NCBI RefSeq assembly: GCF_018350175.1 | Contig: NC_058368.1 | Span: 225,434,001 to 225,498,000 of the forward strand | Length of the DNA stretch: 64,000 nucleotides | Direction of reading: 5' to 3' | Origin: Felis catus | Taxonomy: Eukaryota | Part shown: positions 25,020 through 37,410 of the stretch, one piece after another | How the letters are laid out: every line of letters begins with the position of its first letter | Numbering within the stretch: the stretch's first letter is position 1 | The notes under the pieces: model-generated | What the model saw: the letters and a program-made list of their open reading frames with translations, nothing else | Databases searched by the model: none | Told to the model about the DNA's origin: nothing | Made by a program: the position numbers and the translations under genes

Positions 25020-25710
25020 GGATTAATGATTCTGAAAAAAACACACGTGCGTAACTGGAACTGAGCAATTAAACAAATGAATGGCAGATGGTGGGAGCCA
25101 GGATTCTGTCTGGTGAAGAGGGAGGTTATCCAGGCAAGCAAGGGAAGAAGACTAGAATAATCCATGTGGTACTGATTCGGGTTGTAGACATCATTAGGAA
25201 CTAATGTTTAGCTTACCATAGAAATAAACGGATGCAGGGCGCCTGGACGGCTCAGTCAGTAAAGAGTCCGACTCTCGATTTTGGTGTAGGTCCTAGTCTC
25301 CTGGTTCACGGGATCAAGCCTTGCGTTGGGCTCTGCATTGACAGCACGGAGCCTGGTTGGCATTCTTTCTCTCTCCCTCTCTCTTCTGTCTCTTTCTCTC
25401 TCTCTCTCTCTCTCTCTGCCCTTCCCCCACATGTACACGAGTATATGCACACTCTCTCTAAATAAATATTTTTTAAAAATGGATACATACAGAAGCGTAT
25501 ACAGATATTTATAGATGTATATACAAGGGTTCGCACACGCACATGTATTTCCTTGCTCTGTCGGCTGAGAGGGCCACCTGGAAGCAATGACAACCCCATG
25601 GCAGTAAGCTCACATCACATCTAAATCTGGTTTTCTGCTAGCGTTCTCTAATGAAAGAAGTCAGGGCCCTTAGAGGACAGGCCGGTGCAGGGAATGCACA
25701 AGATGAAACG
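25020..25710 (+). mobile_element. L1MD/MC-like 3' region interrupted by a SINE
   Basis: CTAGAATAATCCATGTGGTACTG, TATTTCCTTGCTCTGTC, GGCCACCTGGAAGCAATGACA. Confidence 0.65.
25237..25476 (+). mobile_element. Can-SINE (older subfamily)
   Basis: GGGCGCCTGG head, (CT)n, degenerate TSD AAA(C/T)GGAT(G/A)CA. Confidence 0.9.
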
Positions 25711-26101
25711 GAAACACCTACTTGGGCCCGCCCTGCGCTCCCCGGAAAGTTTCTGGCTGCCTGTGTGGCACCAGCAGCCTTGAACTCCAAACCCAATTGT
25801 CGGTGGCCTTCTAGCATGACCCCACGGGATGAGCACAACAGAGGGAGACTTTTCTCCCTTCTGTTTTTATGAGACCAACGAGAAGAACTCAGCTGCTAGG
25901 TGATTCCCTCTCGTAATCACGGTGCCGTCTCACAACGCATCCTGACGCGACTGTGCCCCGTGGTAAAATACGACAGGAAAGCCCTGTCCTTTAGGAAAAC
26001 AGCCGCACCTGCTTTGAACACCCTCTGGAGCTCTAGCACGGGTTCGTTCAGTCAGGACCAGCATAAGATGGCAAGTTCTATCTGTTAATAAGCAAACACT
26101 A

Positions 26102-26295
26102 GGGGCGCCTGGGTGGCTCAGCCGGTTGAGCGGCTGACGGGCTCAGATCATGATCTCATGGTCCGTGAGTTCGAGCCCCACGTCCGGCTCTGTGTTGACA
26201 GCTCGGAGCCTGTTTTGGATTCTGTGCCTCTCTCTGCCCCTCCCCCGTTCATGCTCTGTCTCAAAAATAAATAAACGTTAAAAAATTTTTTTTTA
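26102..26295 (+). mobile_element. Can-SINE
   Basis: TSD AATAAGCAAACACTA. Confidence 0.93.
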
Positions 26296-27989
26296 AATAA
26301 GCAAACACTAGAAGTGCCTTGGAGGCATATGAGCAGTCTTTTAATAACGTAGGTTAGATTCAAGACAGCCCATCCGTCCTGAACGAGAACATGTCCAAGG
26401 GTCTGATCACTTGAAAGAAACTTTGACAATAAAAGGATTAGATTGGGCTTGAACCCTCGGGATTTTTAAGATAGGAAAGAGCACAGCTGCATTGAAATCA
26501 TCAGAGAGTGCACATTATCTAGCGGCTCTTTTTATAACTGTTTGCACTACAGGTGCAATAAGAGAATGTTAATTTTATCTACCAGGGCATTTCCATTTTG
26601 TATATGTGTGTGCCATGTGACTCTTAAAAGCCTAGCTCGAAAGCCTCAGCGGAGAATTTTTCTGTTTAGGTTAAACTGGAGCAAAATACTTTCGTTCTAG
26701 GTCGTTGTGGGGGAGGGGGGCTCTGCTACGTAAAGCAGGAAATTTTCTCATTAATATTTCCAAGCTCTTTAGTGCTTCCATTTTCAACTGGATTAAAAAT
26801 AAGAGACACCATCAGAGAGCCCCAACAACGTATTCTTATCAGGGTCAGAGTAATAAGCGACCGGCGTAGTTCCACTGGGATTATTGTATTACGTTCGTGG
26901 AAAAACTACCAACCAACACAAACCAGGTGACGTCCAAGTTTGGCGTTAAAAGTAGTATATAGCTGTATTGTGCTGAGGTCAGACCAATCTGGATAAGAAA
27001 GAAAAATGCTCCAAAAAAATAAAAGAAAGCATGTAAAGGAAGACAATATTCCCCTTGTTGGCTGGTTCCTTAAACTGGGGCCCATCCAATACGCACACCC
27101 CGCCGCTTCCTGCTGGCATATTCCGGGGGTGGGAATCAATCCGCTCTTTGTAGAAATTAAGAAATCGTGCAGGCATTAAAAAGGGAAACACTGAATAGAT
27201 CTAATGTAGTTGGAGACAAAGGAATGAAGTGATTTGGAGGGAGAGGGCAAGAGGAAGGCTGGTCAGGATCTGGGGTGACCCGTCTCCCATTGGAGGAAGT
27301 CAGAGACTTGAGGTCACTTGAACTGGGGACTTGAAGTCACACAGGAATCCACCCAGGAGCTCAGAAGTGACTTATGTTTCCACCGCCCTTAATGTTTTAT
27401 GGCACCAAGCGAATGCAGAGAGCTGATTTCACTTGGGACTGGATTAAAGGGGACTGTATACATCAATGCTAAGGTCATATCTCTCTTAGGCCAGAGGTGC
27501 AACATTGTTTTGATGACTTAACCTTGAGCCACTTTTGACCGGTAAAGGTTTCACTCCATACCAGAGAATAAAGCTGAGAGGATTTTTTATTTTTTATTTT
27601 TAAGCGAAGGGCCAAAGCATCATTTCGCTAAAGCAATAAACCTCAACTGTAAATCATGCCATGCAGTAAGTAGGTCACTGAAAACTGAAATATCAGATGT
27701 AGTCTAGGATTTCAGTTTAGCGAGATTATCTTTTTGTAATTGCCGTTAAAAAAAAAACACCTATTTTTACTAAACGTTTGGGGGAATGTTTAAGTGTTTC
27801 TAAAGCTATGTTACAAGCGGAAAAGTCTTCTTCCCGTATCAAATATTTATAAAAACCCATCAGTTCACCTTCCTGCTTTAGTAAAACTGTATGCTAAATC
27901 GAATTTTATTGACTTTCAAGTTTGTGGGCCACTGCTAATATGGGTTTTCATCAGGCACTCATCTTGTCTTTCCTAGTCCAACTATACCA

Positions 27990-28640
27990 CTGAGTAAGCA
28001 AACAACACGTGAAGAGAAACCTCTCTTTATAGAATTCCAGCTAAAGAAGAAGTGATAGGATTAGCATAGATCCATTTTATCCCCCTGTGAACGCCCCGAC
28101 CTACCCATTGAGTGTAAGCAGCTGCAGATATCCCCCAAAAAGGGACAAGCAGATAGATATATCTAGTGAAATATCTAGAAATATATCTAGGTAGATATAT
28201 CTAGTGAAATATCCAGAAATATAGATATTTCACTAGATATTTCTAGGGAATATAAGGAATAGAGGGAAATGTTATATGGCACAATGGAGCTGCAGTCAGC
28301 AAAATCCATCTATGGAAAACTTGATGGGATCAACAACCCAATTTCTTCCTCAAATAAATTATAAGGAATAAAAAGAGAGAATGATGGAGAGGGAAGGTAG
28401 CACAGATTAAGGGACAGTTAAGAGACTGTACCCATTACAAGGTATGTGCTCATTTGCACCCCGATTCCAAAACATCAACGAAAAATAACATGACATATAT
28501 GAAACTATTCATAATTGACCAGATATTTCATTACAATTAAGCGACCATTGGCATCTCCTTTAGAGGTAATAGTAGTATTTTGGTTACAGGAGAGGGAGAG
28601 AGTCCTTATCTTTTTGAGATACAGACGAAAACATTTACAC
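27990..28640 (+). mobile_element. Old L1MC/ME 3' region
   Basis: TATAGAATTCCAGCTA, CAGTCAGCAAAATCC, GTCCTTATCTTTTTGAGATACA. Confidence 0.6.
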
Positions 28641-29008
28641 ATTTTTTGCAAGTCAACTTTTATTTGACAAAGCCAGTTATTTTCCAGGATTGCTTTCTTC
28701 AGGAATTTTCTCTATTCCTATCCACCTTCTGTCCCACCTCTGAGGATCGTCTTCATTCATTTTATAGCTTGCACACGTCTCTATCTTAACACCTACATAT
28801 TGCATAATAATCTCTTCGTGTAAGTGTCTCTGCTTACGAGAGTAGAGCATCATAATAGACTAGACTAAGCACCATAATAAATCACGCCGTAATTGACTTG
28901 GTATCCCTGGTGCCTGGCACGTGGTGACTCATTCAATGAATGTAGAAATTATTTATTAAATCCAGTATTTTATTTTCAGTGATCCATGTGTACAACAGCC
29001 ATGGAGTC

Positions 29009-29068
29009 TTTCCTTTCCTTTCCTTTCCTTTCCTTTCCTTTCCTTTCCTTTCCTTTCCTTTCCTTTCC
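29009..29068. repeat. (TTTCC)12 perfect pentanucleotide repeat
   Basis: Seen directly. Confidence 0.97.
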
Positions 29069-29269
29069 AGTTTTATAACTTGTAATTGATAAGTTTAATT
29101 GTAATACACTTAAAGCGTACAAAGTGATGATTTGATATAGCTGTCAAGTTTTGAACTGTTCAATGCAAACACGAAATGGTTTCTGGTTCACAGGCCACAG
29201 GACTACCACACCAGCCTATACCATCACTGCGTAGCCACGTCTTCCTCCAAAGAGACAACAAATAATGGT

Positions 29270-29720
29270 AATAATGGCTAACTCTCACAGCCCAATTCCT
29301 CCACACCAGGCTCTGTTTTAAACATTTTTACATGTTTTCAACCATATTTTCATAACAACCAGTGACGTAAGGCCTACTGCAATCATCCTCGTTTTTCTCT
29401 TTTTATTTCTTTCTAGAAATACAGGAAGCACAAGTGGGAGTGGGGCAGAGAGAGAGGGGGGGACGGAGGATCCAAAGCAGGCCCTGCACTGACAGAGTCC
29501 TATGCAGGGCTTGAAGTCACAAACCGCAAGATGGTGACCTGAACTGAAGTCAGACGCTTAACCAACTGAGCCACCCAGGCGCCCCTCATCTTCGTTTTAT
29601 AGGCAAGAACCCTGAAGCACAGAGATGTGGGCGGGTTCCCAAGGTCTCATCTTGAAAGGGGCAGACTGGGGTTCGTGCCCAGGACATCTGACTCCAAAAC
29701 ATCCTTGCTTGACCATGGTC
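29270..29720 (-). mobile_element. MIR split by a SINE
   Basis: CATAACAACC, GAAGCACAGAGA, CCCAAGGTC, TCTGACTCCAAA. Confidence 0.65.
29396..29585 (-). mobile_element. Can-SINE
   Basis: TSD TCATC(C/T)TCGTTTT. Confidence 0.9.
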
Positions 29721-30634
29721 AGCAGCGTCCCTAAGATGACCAGATCCCTGCTAACCTAGTACCAGGGACTTCACAGAAAATAGTAACTGTGAGCATGGCA
29801 GTTCCAAGAACCTAACTGATAAATTATCGCTCTAACGCAGCCAAATAACACGCAGAAACAAATGCAAATTTAGGAACATAAATAATCGATATACCATATC
29901 AGAATAATTTAGGACTTCCTTCGGGTGTTTAGTTGAGTCAATCAAGTTGCTTCACACCTGAGTCTGGACATTTGCCCAGCTGGTTAAAGAGTGTCTTTTC
30001 TAACGATGAGATCAGAAGTGGCAGTGACCCCCATTCACAAGGCATCCATCATCTACTAACAAAAACAGTTTCCTGATTTAGCTCTTTCCTTTCCACCTCT
30101 TGCCCCCAGATGGGTATGCCTTCTGGTTTGGAATAATATCACAGTGAATCAAGGTTACAAAAACACTGAACATTCCTCCCTCATTTGAGGAATTTGAGGT
30201 TGGTCAAAATCATTGTTGAACAAAATATCCGAGATAGAGTTGGATAGAATTTACTTGACCCTTCCATTTTTTTTTTTTTTTTCCCAAGGAAGAAACAGTC
30301 TAACTGACTCCAAGATTCTAGGCTCTGCCATTACTCAAGCCACAAATACTCCAGTTATCCAATGAGTCAGCGGCCTTCAACCACACTTTAAATAAAGGCC
30401 TTCTATCATGATATTTTTCACATGTGTTTTACTCCCAGTGGTGTATCCTATAAATACTAAGCTGTTGAGATTTCTTTTTTTGCAGAGATATGCCCCAACC
30501 ATAATTTTAAGAGGACTATTGCCTGTTTTTCACTAAGGCTCAAGCAATAAATGTTCTAGTTCATTCCACTAACTGATAACTTGAATACAGACATGCTAGC
30601 AACATTCTTTTCCTTTCTATTTTCTTCCTTTCCA

Positions 30635-30860
30635 TTTATTTACTGCGATAAAATATACACATGTAAAATGTACCATTTTGGCCATTTTTAAATGGACGGT
30701 TCAATGACATCAAGTATCTTCACACTGTGGTGCGACCATCCACATCCAATTTTTTTTTCATCTTCCCAAACTGAAACTCTATACCCATTAAACGCCAACT
30801 CCCCATCCCCCTCCTTAATTTCTAGCACTCACCATTCTACTTTCCGTCTCTATAAATTTG
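30635..30860 (-). mobile_element. L1MB 3' end
   Basis: TTCATCTTCCCAAACTGAAACTCTATACCCATTAAAC. Confidence 0.8.
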
Positions 30861-31896
30861 CCCTTTGCTTTTTCAACGGTTTTGGTAAATATGGTAATCG
30901 TTACAAGGGCGATGGGTTACCAAAGCAAGGAAGGCCTATACCTTTTTATACTTAATTTTCAAATTTTCAACTTTTGAGTATTACATTTGTGAGCGATGAC
31001 CGGTATTGATTCTCTGTTTCAGTGCACTTGTTCTCCAGACTGCCTTAGGTACATTTTTGTGGTTCTTGATAAAAATCAAACATTGGACAGAAAAAGCAAA
31101 GAGACTCTACTTAAGAATACAAGAGTGCTAGAGAAAGAAGTTGTACCATGGGTTTACTGGCGGTTTTTAAGTATATGTATTTTCATAGCATCTCTCTTCA
31201 TAAATAGTTAAGCATGGATGATCAAGAATGTTCTAAGTTTGAGGCAGTTGATTGATTTCCCATAAAAAGCTCTTACCCCCTTATTTATCAAGTTCTTAAA
31301 TAAATAACTTCTCCCCTTTCTCAGATGTCTCTGAGCTGACACATCAGAAAACAGGCAAAATGGTGACCCTCTGAAGGAAATAGTCAGGGAGAATTAAATA
31401 AGTCAAGAATGGACAACCAGTAAAGCAACTTTTCAGCACCCGAGGGCAAACGGTGAGGCAGAAAAAGACTACTGATTGTTCTGCTGTAAAAGCCAAGTGG
31501 GCATAATGGGACGTAGAGCAGGATGAGGTCAGTGTCTGATTCTCAGAAGGCAGAGGTGCGGGTCCAGAAGCTGCAGGAGGCAGGTGCAGAGCTAGTGGAG
31601 TCTGAAACACGTGACCTAGAGCCTGACAATTGAATTCCATCAGCAAGAGTCATTTTTTGTTCTCATACCAATAGGGAAAAGTAGAGTTTGGATAGTACAG
31701 TCGATCCCTATCCCCAACTCCTCAAATCTCTAATAAAGACATTTAAAACGGGAGGAGGGTGGTGGGTAGTGTGAAATGGGGATGTGGATGTTCAGTGAGT
31801 TTTCAAAATAAATAAATACCTTTGTTATCATCAGAGTCTGGTTTTTGAAAACTTCCCTCATCCCTAACTCTCACTGGGTGATACACACTAAGATCT

Positions 31897-32121
31897 TTTT
31901 TATTTTAATTTTTTTTTTAATGTTGATTTTTGAGAGACACAGAGACAGAGCTTGAGCGGGGGAGGGGCAGAGAGAGAGGGAGACCCCGAATCTGAAGCAG
32001 GCTCCGGGCTCTGAGCTGTCAGCACAGAGCCCGACGAGGGGCTCGAACCCACGAACCGTGAGATCATCATAACCTGAGCCGAAGTCGGACACCCAACCAA
32101 CTGAGCCACCCAGGTGCCCCC
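31897..32121 (-). mobile_element. Can-SINE
   Basis: TSD ACACTAAGATCT. Confidence 0.95.
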
Positions 32122-32167
32122 ACACTAAGATCTCTAAACATCCTTTCTATGCATTTTATTTTATTAA

Positions 32168-32206
32168 ATATATGTGTGTGAGTGTGTGTATATACATATA
32201 TATATG

Positions 32207-32237
<31 letters not shown>

Positions 32238-32248
32238 ATATATATATA
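32168..32248. repeat. (TG)n/(TA)n microsatellite
   Basis: Seen directly. Confidence 0.9.
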
Positions 32249-33199
32249 AAATACATGAATGTAATTTATACATGCTGTGTGGGGGTGTGAGTATAGAGAA
32301 GGTTTTAGAAGTGGATTAACAAATGAACCACTGCTTTGGGGATATTATACTCTTGATAGGCAAAAATGAGAAAGAGAAGTCTCCTTAAGATAAACGGCCA
32401 AACATTGATCTTTCAGTGGTCTCACAACCCTTTAATAAGGGGAAAAGATGTCCTAAGAATATTGCCGGGGGGTAATTACAAGGAACTTTCTATAACAAGT
32501 CTCTGCTCACCATTATCTACCCACTAATTATCCTCCCGGGCAGTGGGGTTTTGCCCAGAGGCCCCTCCATCTAGACCCCCATTCGCTCTCCTTGGAGGAA
32601 AGCATTCATCGCTTCCTTCCAGCCCAGGCCTAAACTATCTTGAATTGTGTTGCGAGGGGCTCCCGACAAGTCCAGAAACCATCACGTGTGTCGTGTGACT
32701 TTATCCCTCGAACACAGAGGGCAGCACAGTGTAGGAGCACAGAAAGCCTTTGCAGAGCCTTCAAACTCCTTTCCAGGGACAACCCTCCAAAAAAAAAAGC
32801 CATTCATCTTGAAAGGTGATCAAAACCCAAAACGGTTTTATAAGAAATCTATCCTCCAGGAGCACCAAACGCTTGCTGAACTAAAACAGAATCTTGGGGG
32901 AAAACCCAGCCACCCACCTAAAAGCTTAAAAGGACGTGATGAGAGGTGAGCAAAGCCCGGAGCCCTTAATCTTTTTCGACACAGCAACCGTGAGGCTCCC
33001 TTCAAACGTGGCCGTTTTTTCTTCCAGGGACCGGACAAAGCCAAACCTGTCTGTCTTCGCGAAGCGTTGCCCCCTTCCTTATCCTAACATCTAAACCTGA
33101 ACTCGGAGAGAACACAACATCTCCAATCCCAAATTTGTTTCTCAGTTAGATCCAGGTCTCCCTCCAGCTGAGAAGGTCATCATATCCCGATTTAGAACC

Positions 33200-33500
33200 T
33201 ATTCTTTCTCAAGCTGCCGTAAACATCACAACAGACGCAAACACGCGGCGCAGGTAGTGAGAACATCGCTGCCAAAAATATCACAAGCACCCCGCGGGCA
33301 AACTTCCTTTCCCTGACTTCCTTCTGCGCGTCAAGGTCATGTGCCGGGCTGCCTCCCACCCCACCCAGCACACTGCCGCCTTTTATGGAGTACCGTCCCT
33401 CTCGCTTTCCTGCCCAGACTGCTCTGTGTGCCGCTGAGGCTGTGAGCCAGTGACCTGGGCCGACACCAAGCCCTTGTGGTTCAGAGACGACTGTCCATTA
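33200..33500. promoter_or_regulatory. Candidate enhancer/promoter-like motif cluster
   Basis: CpG-retaining with no recognisable TE; forkhead, two ETS, TCAAGGTCA, CArG and RUNX consensus matches. Confidence 0.4.
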
Positions 33501-34148
33501 GCAGGAGAGAAGAGGTCGCCTGTAATGGAATTCTGCTGGCTGAAGTGTCTCGCTCAGCAAGATGCAGCCAGTATCCGATTCACCACGCAGAGATCAATTG
33601 TTACAATAGCTTATTGGAGAACAGAACGTTAACAGCTTTGGGAGGAGGAGAAAATGCGTCCTTTCCCCTCCCCCTGCCCCCCCCCACCCCACTTATCTGA
33701 CACAGAATGTTCTGGCTTCTGGATGGAGAGGCTGGGGTACAGCCCCGGAATTGCCCTCCCCCCCCCCACGCCCTGGATGTCCACGAAGCCCCCCACCCAC
33801 TCACCCCCTTCCCGCCTGGGCTGCAAGCCAGAAGGGGATTTATAAGCAACAAAAAACAGATTGTTGCTTTACCTTAGATTTCAGATTTTAAGATTTTCCC
33901 ACCGACTTGAAGCTCTTCAATAGAGAAGTGAAATGTTACCGACTTTCAAAACACCTCTCTTCCTATATATCTCAGGAAATGAGTAAAGCCAAAGACAGAT
34001 GGGTCTTTGCATATTTTCAAATATTTCTGTCTTGATTGTAAATTCTTGGTGGGTAGAGACTAAAACTAATCAATCTGCATGGTCCCCAGGGACCTGGTAG
34101 AATCCTCTGCCCGCATTAGGTTCTGAGTTAATCTTTCTTTCCTTCTTG

Positions 34149-34379
34149 TTTTTTTTTTTTTTTTTAATTTTTTTTTCAACGATTATTTATTTTTGGGACA
34201 GAGAGAGACAGAGCATGAACGGGGGAGGGGCAGAGAGAGAGGGAGACACAGAATCGGAAACAGGCTCCAGGCTCCGAGCCATCAGCCCAGAGCCCGACGC
34301 GGGGCTCGAACTCCCGGACCGTGAGATCGTGACCTGGCTGAAGTCGGATGCTTAACCGACTGCGCCACCCAGGCGCCCC
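34149..34379 (-). mobile_element. Young SINEC_Fc
   Basis: Long T tail; TSD TC(C/G)TTCTTGTTTTTT. Confidence 0.95.
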
Positions 34380-35196
34380 TCGTTCTTGTTTTTTAAAAGC
34401 ACATCCTTTTCTTTCCCGTTTTGTTCTCACTTCCTCTTCCTTCAACTGCATATCTCCCTCCTGCCTCTGCTTTCTTCCTTTCTTCCTCTTGGTTCACATC
34501 AACCCGTCTCTTCCCGATCCCTGCCAATTTTTATTTCACAAGGTGCCTGCCTTCTAGAATTAACTCGGGCTTTCAGAATGTAGATCTTGCCAGTCATGAC
34601 AGGACCAGCAGGTGCATACTGAAGAAACTTACAAAGGAATGAAACTAAGGTTCATTCAGGTAAGCTGGGTCTGGTCCTGGAAATCAACACTGGAGAGTGA
34701 GAAGGGAAAAATGAAAGAGAAATGGAGGAGAGACACCTGATCACTTCCCCTCAATCCTTTTCTTCTTGACTAATGGGAAGAAGAAGGGACTGGCTTGTTG
34801 AAATAAGTGACAAATCATACCCAGCTGCAGGAAATGAGCGAGGACGTAATAAAAAAGTCCCTAAAAGAACAACAACAGAAAAAAAAAAAAAAAAAGTCCT
34901 ATGCCAAACAAGAGTGACCAGCTCTCCAGGAAAAACTCATTCATAAATCGGAAAGAGAACGGTGTTCATCTACTTAACAGAAAAGAAAGAACCTTCTGGG
35001 GGTAACCGGCACTACAAAGGCTGCAGCACTGCCGCTGGCCCAAAGACCAGGGAGGGGACCTCTGTGAGATGCCACGGTGGAGAATAAGCCCACTTCACCC
35101 TGCCAAAAGTCTGCCCCTATCCAGGTGCCTTCTGCACACACCCGGCTGTCAGAAGAGATATCATAATATTCGATAATAAGAAACAAGTGGGGGGGG

Positions 35197-35409
35197 GGGG
35201 CGGTGCCTGGGTGGCCCAAGTCGGTTAACCGGCTGATTCCTGGTTTCGGCTGAGGTCATGATCTCACGGTTTGTGAGTTTGAGCCCCGTGTCCAGCTCTT
35301 TGCTGACAGCGTGGAGCCTGCTTGGGATTTTCCCTCTCCAACGCCCCCTCCCCGCCCCTCCCCAGCTCTCTCTCTCTCAATAAATAAATAAACCTAAAAA
35401 AAAAAAAAA
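35197..35409 (+). mobile_element. Can-SINE preceded by a G run
   Basis: Head, B box, A tail. Confidence 0.9.
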
Positions 35410-36169
35410 GCAAGGGGTTCACCAAGGCAACTGCTCTGTATGCTGTTCAAGGAAGAGCATCTATTTCCCTTTCCTTCAGTTATCTCATTCTGTCCCATTT
35501 AATTTCCTCATCACGTCTTCACACCCTGGGCGATCGCATGTGTGGGCGACATCAAGGTGTCACAGTGTTAAGGGTTCCTTCTGCCCATCTGCCCATCTGC
35601 CCATGGGTGTCAACACCACACCTGCATTCATCATAAACCACGACAGAACGCCAGTCCACGCAGACGCTGACACGCAAAATTCCTTCCAGGAGGTTCGGTT
35701 TTGCCTCCCCCGGTGACTCCCTCCCAAGAGCCACTGTGGTTCAACTGTAGTAAGATCATTACCTCCGACCACATTTAAAACCAGGCCCAGGAGGAGGTAA
35801 CGAGGTTGAGGTTATGGGGAGAGATGAGAAAAGGAAGAAGAAAGGCAAAGAAAGATCATATATCTCCCTGTCTTCTTGTTTCATATATATACATATATAA
35901 AACTAATGAGAAAAAAAAAAATATATATATATATAACAAATGAGAAAATAAATAACATGAGGTCCTATTTTGAAATTCATGAATACAAAATTTAGGAGAG
36001 TTCAATAAAAACAAAAATTTGGTAACCATATGGCGCTATCCCTCACTGTTTTGTTTTTTCACTTGTTTTATAATTTATTCCGCTGTCGTGTCCAAAATGC
36101 CTTGGACCATGGGCCCCATGCCTGGCCTCAAATCTTGCTCTTCCAGGCAAAACATGAAATGAATGGCTG

Positions 36170-36197
<28 letters not shown>
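36170..36197. repeat. (CT)n microsatellite
   Basis: Seen directly. Confidence 0.9.
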
Positions 36198-36202
<5 letters not shown>

Positions 36203-37221
36203 AAGTCTCTCAACCTAACTCCAGTCATGTCAGCGTCACAGATTTTCATACGATGACAACAACTTCCAAAGAACAATTTTTCATGGCAGGAATACGCTTG
36301 TATCTATGGTATTTGTGGCGTGGGCTGGCCTCTTTCCGGCTCTAGTTTCCAGAAGAGTTTTAAAGTAAATCTTAAGAGGAAAGTTAAATATTTTCCAGAG
36401 CGAACCCTACGCTGCAGCTGGTGGTTAACTCATACTTTCAAAAAACCAGGTCTTCAAAGAGGAACAAAAGCTTTTAGTCCCAAACTACTGTGGCTTTATT
36501 TTTAGGCAATTGCATTTCAGGCTGGATTAAGCCCACTCATGGGTCATTTTTTCCTTCTCAAAATATCAAAGCGCTTTATAGAAATGTACCAATTAAGCTT
36601 CATAAATCTTCGTTCTGAAGGTAAAAAAAAAAAAAAAAAAGATCTTGTTTACAGAAGGACACAACGTCAGCTTTCTGTCCCGTGGTTCTCTTTTTTCGTT
36701 CTCGTGGTAAAAGCAGAGGGGACAGGTAGCCCCCGAACTGTGCAGTGTGTTGGAAAGGTGCCGGATATGACCACTCTTTTCTCTTCATTAGTTAAGAAGC
36801 CAGGCCTGCGTGCTTTGTGCCTGGAGAAGAATGATCCAGAAGGTTCCCAAGAGAACCACGGTGGCGGGCAGTCAGAGTCCCAGAGACGCTGGACTCCCAG
36901 ACTGAAGCACAGTCCATTGGGTTCCCTCAAAGCTTTCTTCATTCTTCAGTTCTCCCAATTTCAGTCTGCGCTTTATTATCCATGGCCTTTCTTGCCACTG
37001 TGATTCTGGCAGATTCGACATTTTCTTTTAACTCTGAAGTTCAAAAGCTTCTCACGCCCCCCAGTTAGGTGCCACGTATTCACGATAGGGAGTATCTTTT
37101 AGAAAACAGATCAATTCTCTTCTCATATTTTCTCTCTCTTCCCTCTACCCCCCTGTCCTAAAATAATCTCACTGATCTTCACAATATATCGGTGTCAAAA
37201 AAAATAAATATGCTCTAACGT

Positions 37222-37410
37222 GGGGGGAGGGAACCGGAGGGTTGCTGTTCAACAGGTAGAAACTTTCGGTTTTACAGCATGAAGAGGCTCTATGGGTCCA
37301 CTGCAACATTGTGCGTGCAGTGAGCAACAGTGCACTTACACTTAAAATTTACGAGCAGGGTAGATCTCATGTTATCTGTTTGTACCTGGACAGAAAAAAA
37401 GAAAAAGAGA
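37222..37410 (+). mobile_element. L1 (L1MA9-like) 3' end
   Basis: ACACTTAAAATTT...GGGTAGATCTCATGTTA followed by an A-rich tail. Confidence 0.8.

Noticed and set aside
33860..33880. Minus-strand donor-like AAG|GTAAAG
   Set aside because: Isolated motif with no supported acceptor or reading frame.
35581..35604. (CTGCCCAT)3
   Set aside because: Ordinary short slippage repeat.
36300..37003. Scattered forkhead (TGTTTAC at 36646) and GRHL-like motifs, plus a 154-aa ORF
   Set aside because: Motif density is not clearly above chance, and the ORF runs through a poly-A tract with no recognisable homology.
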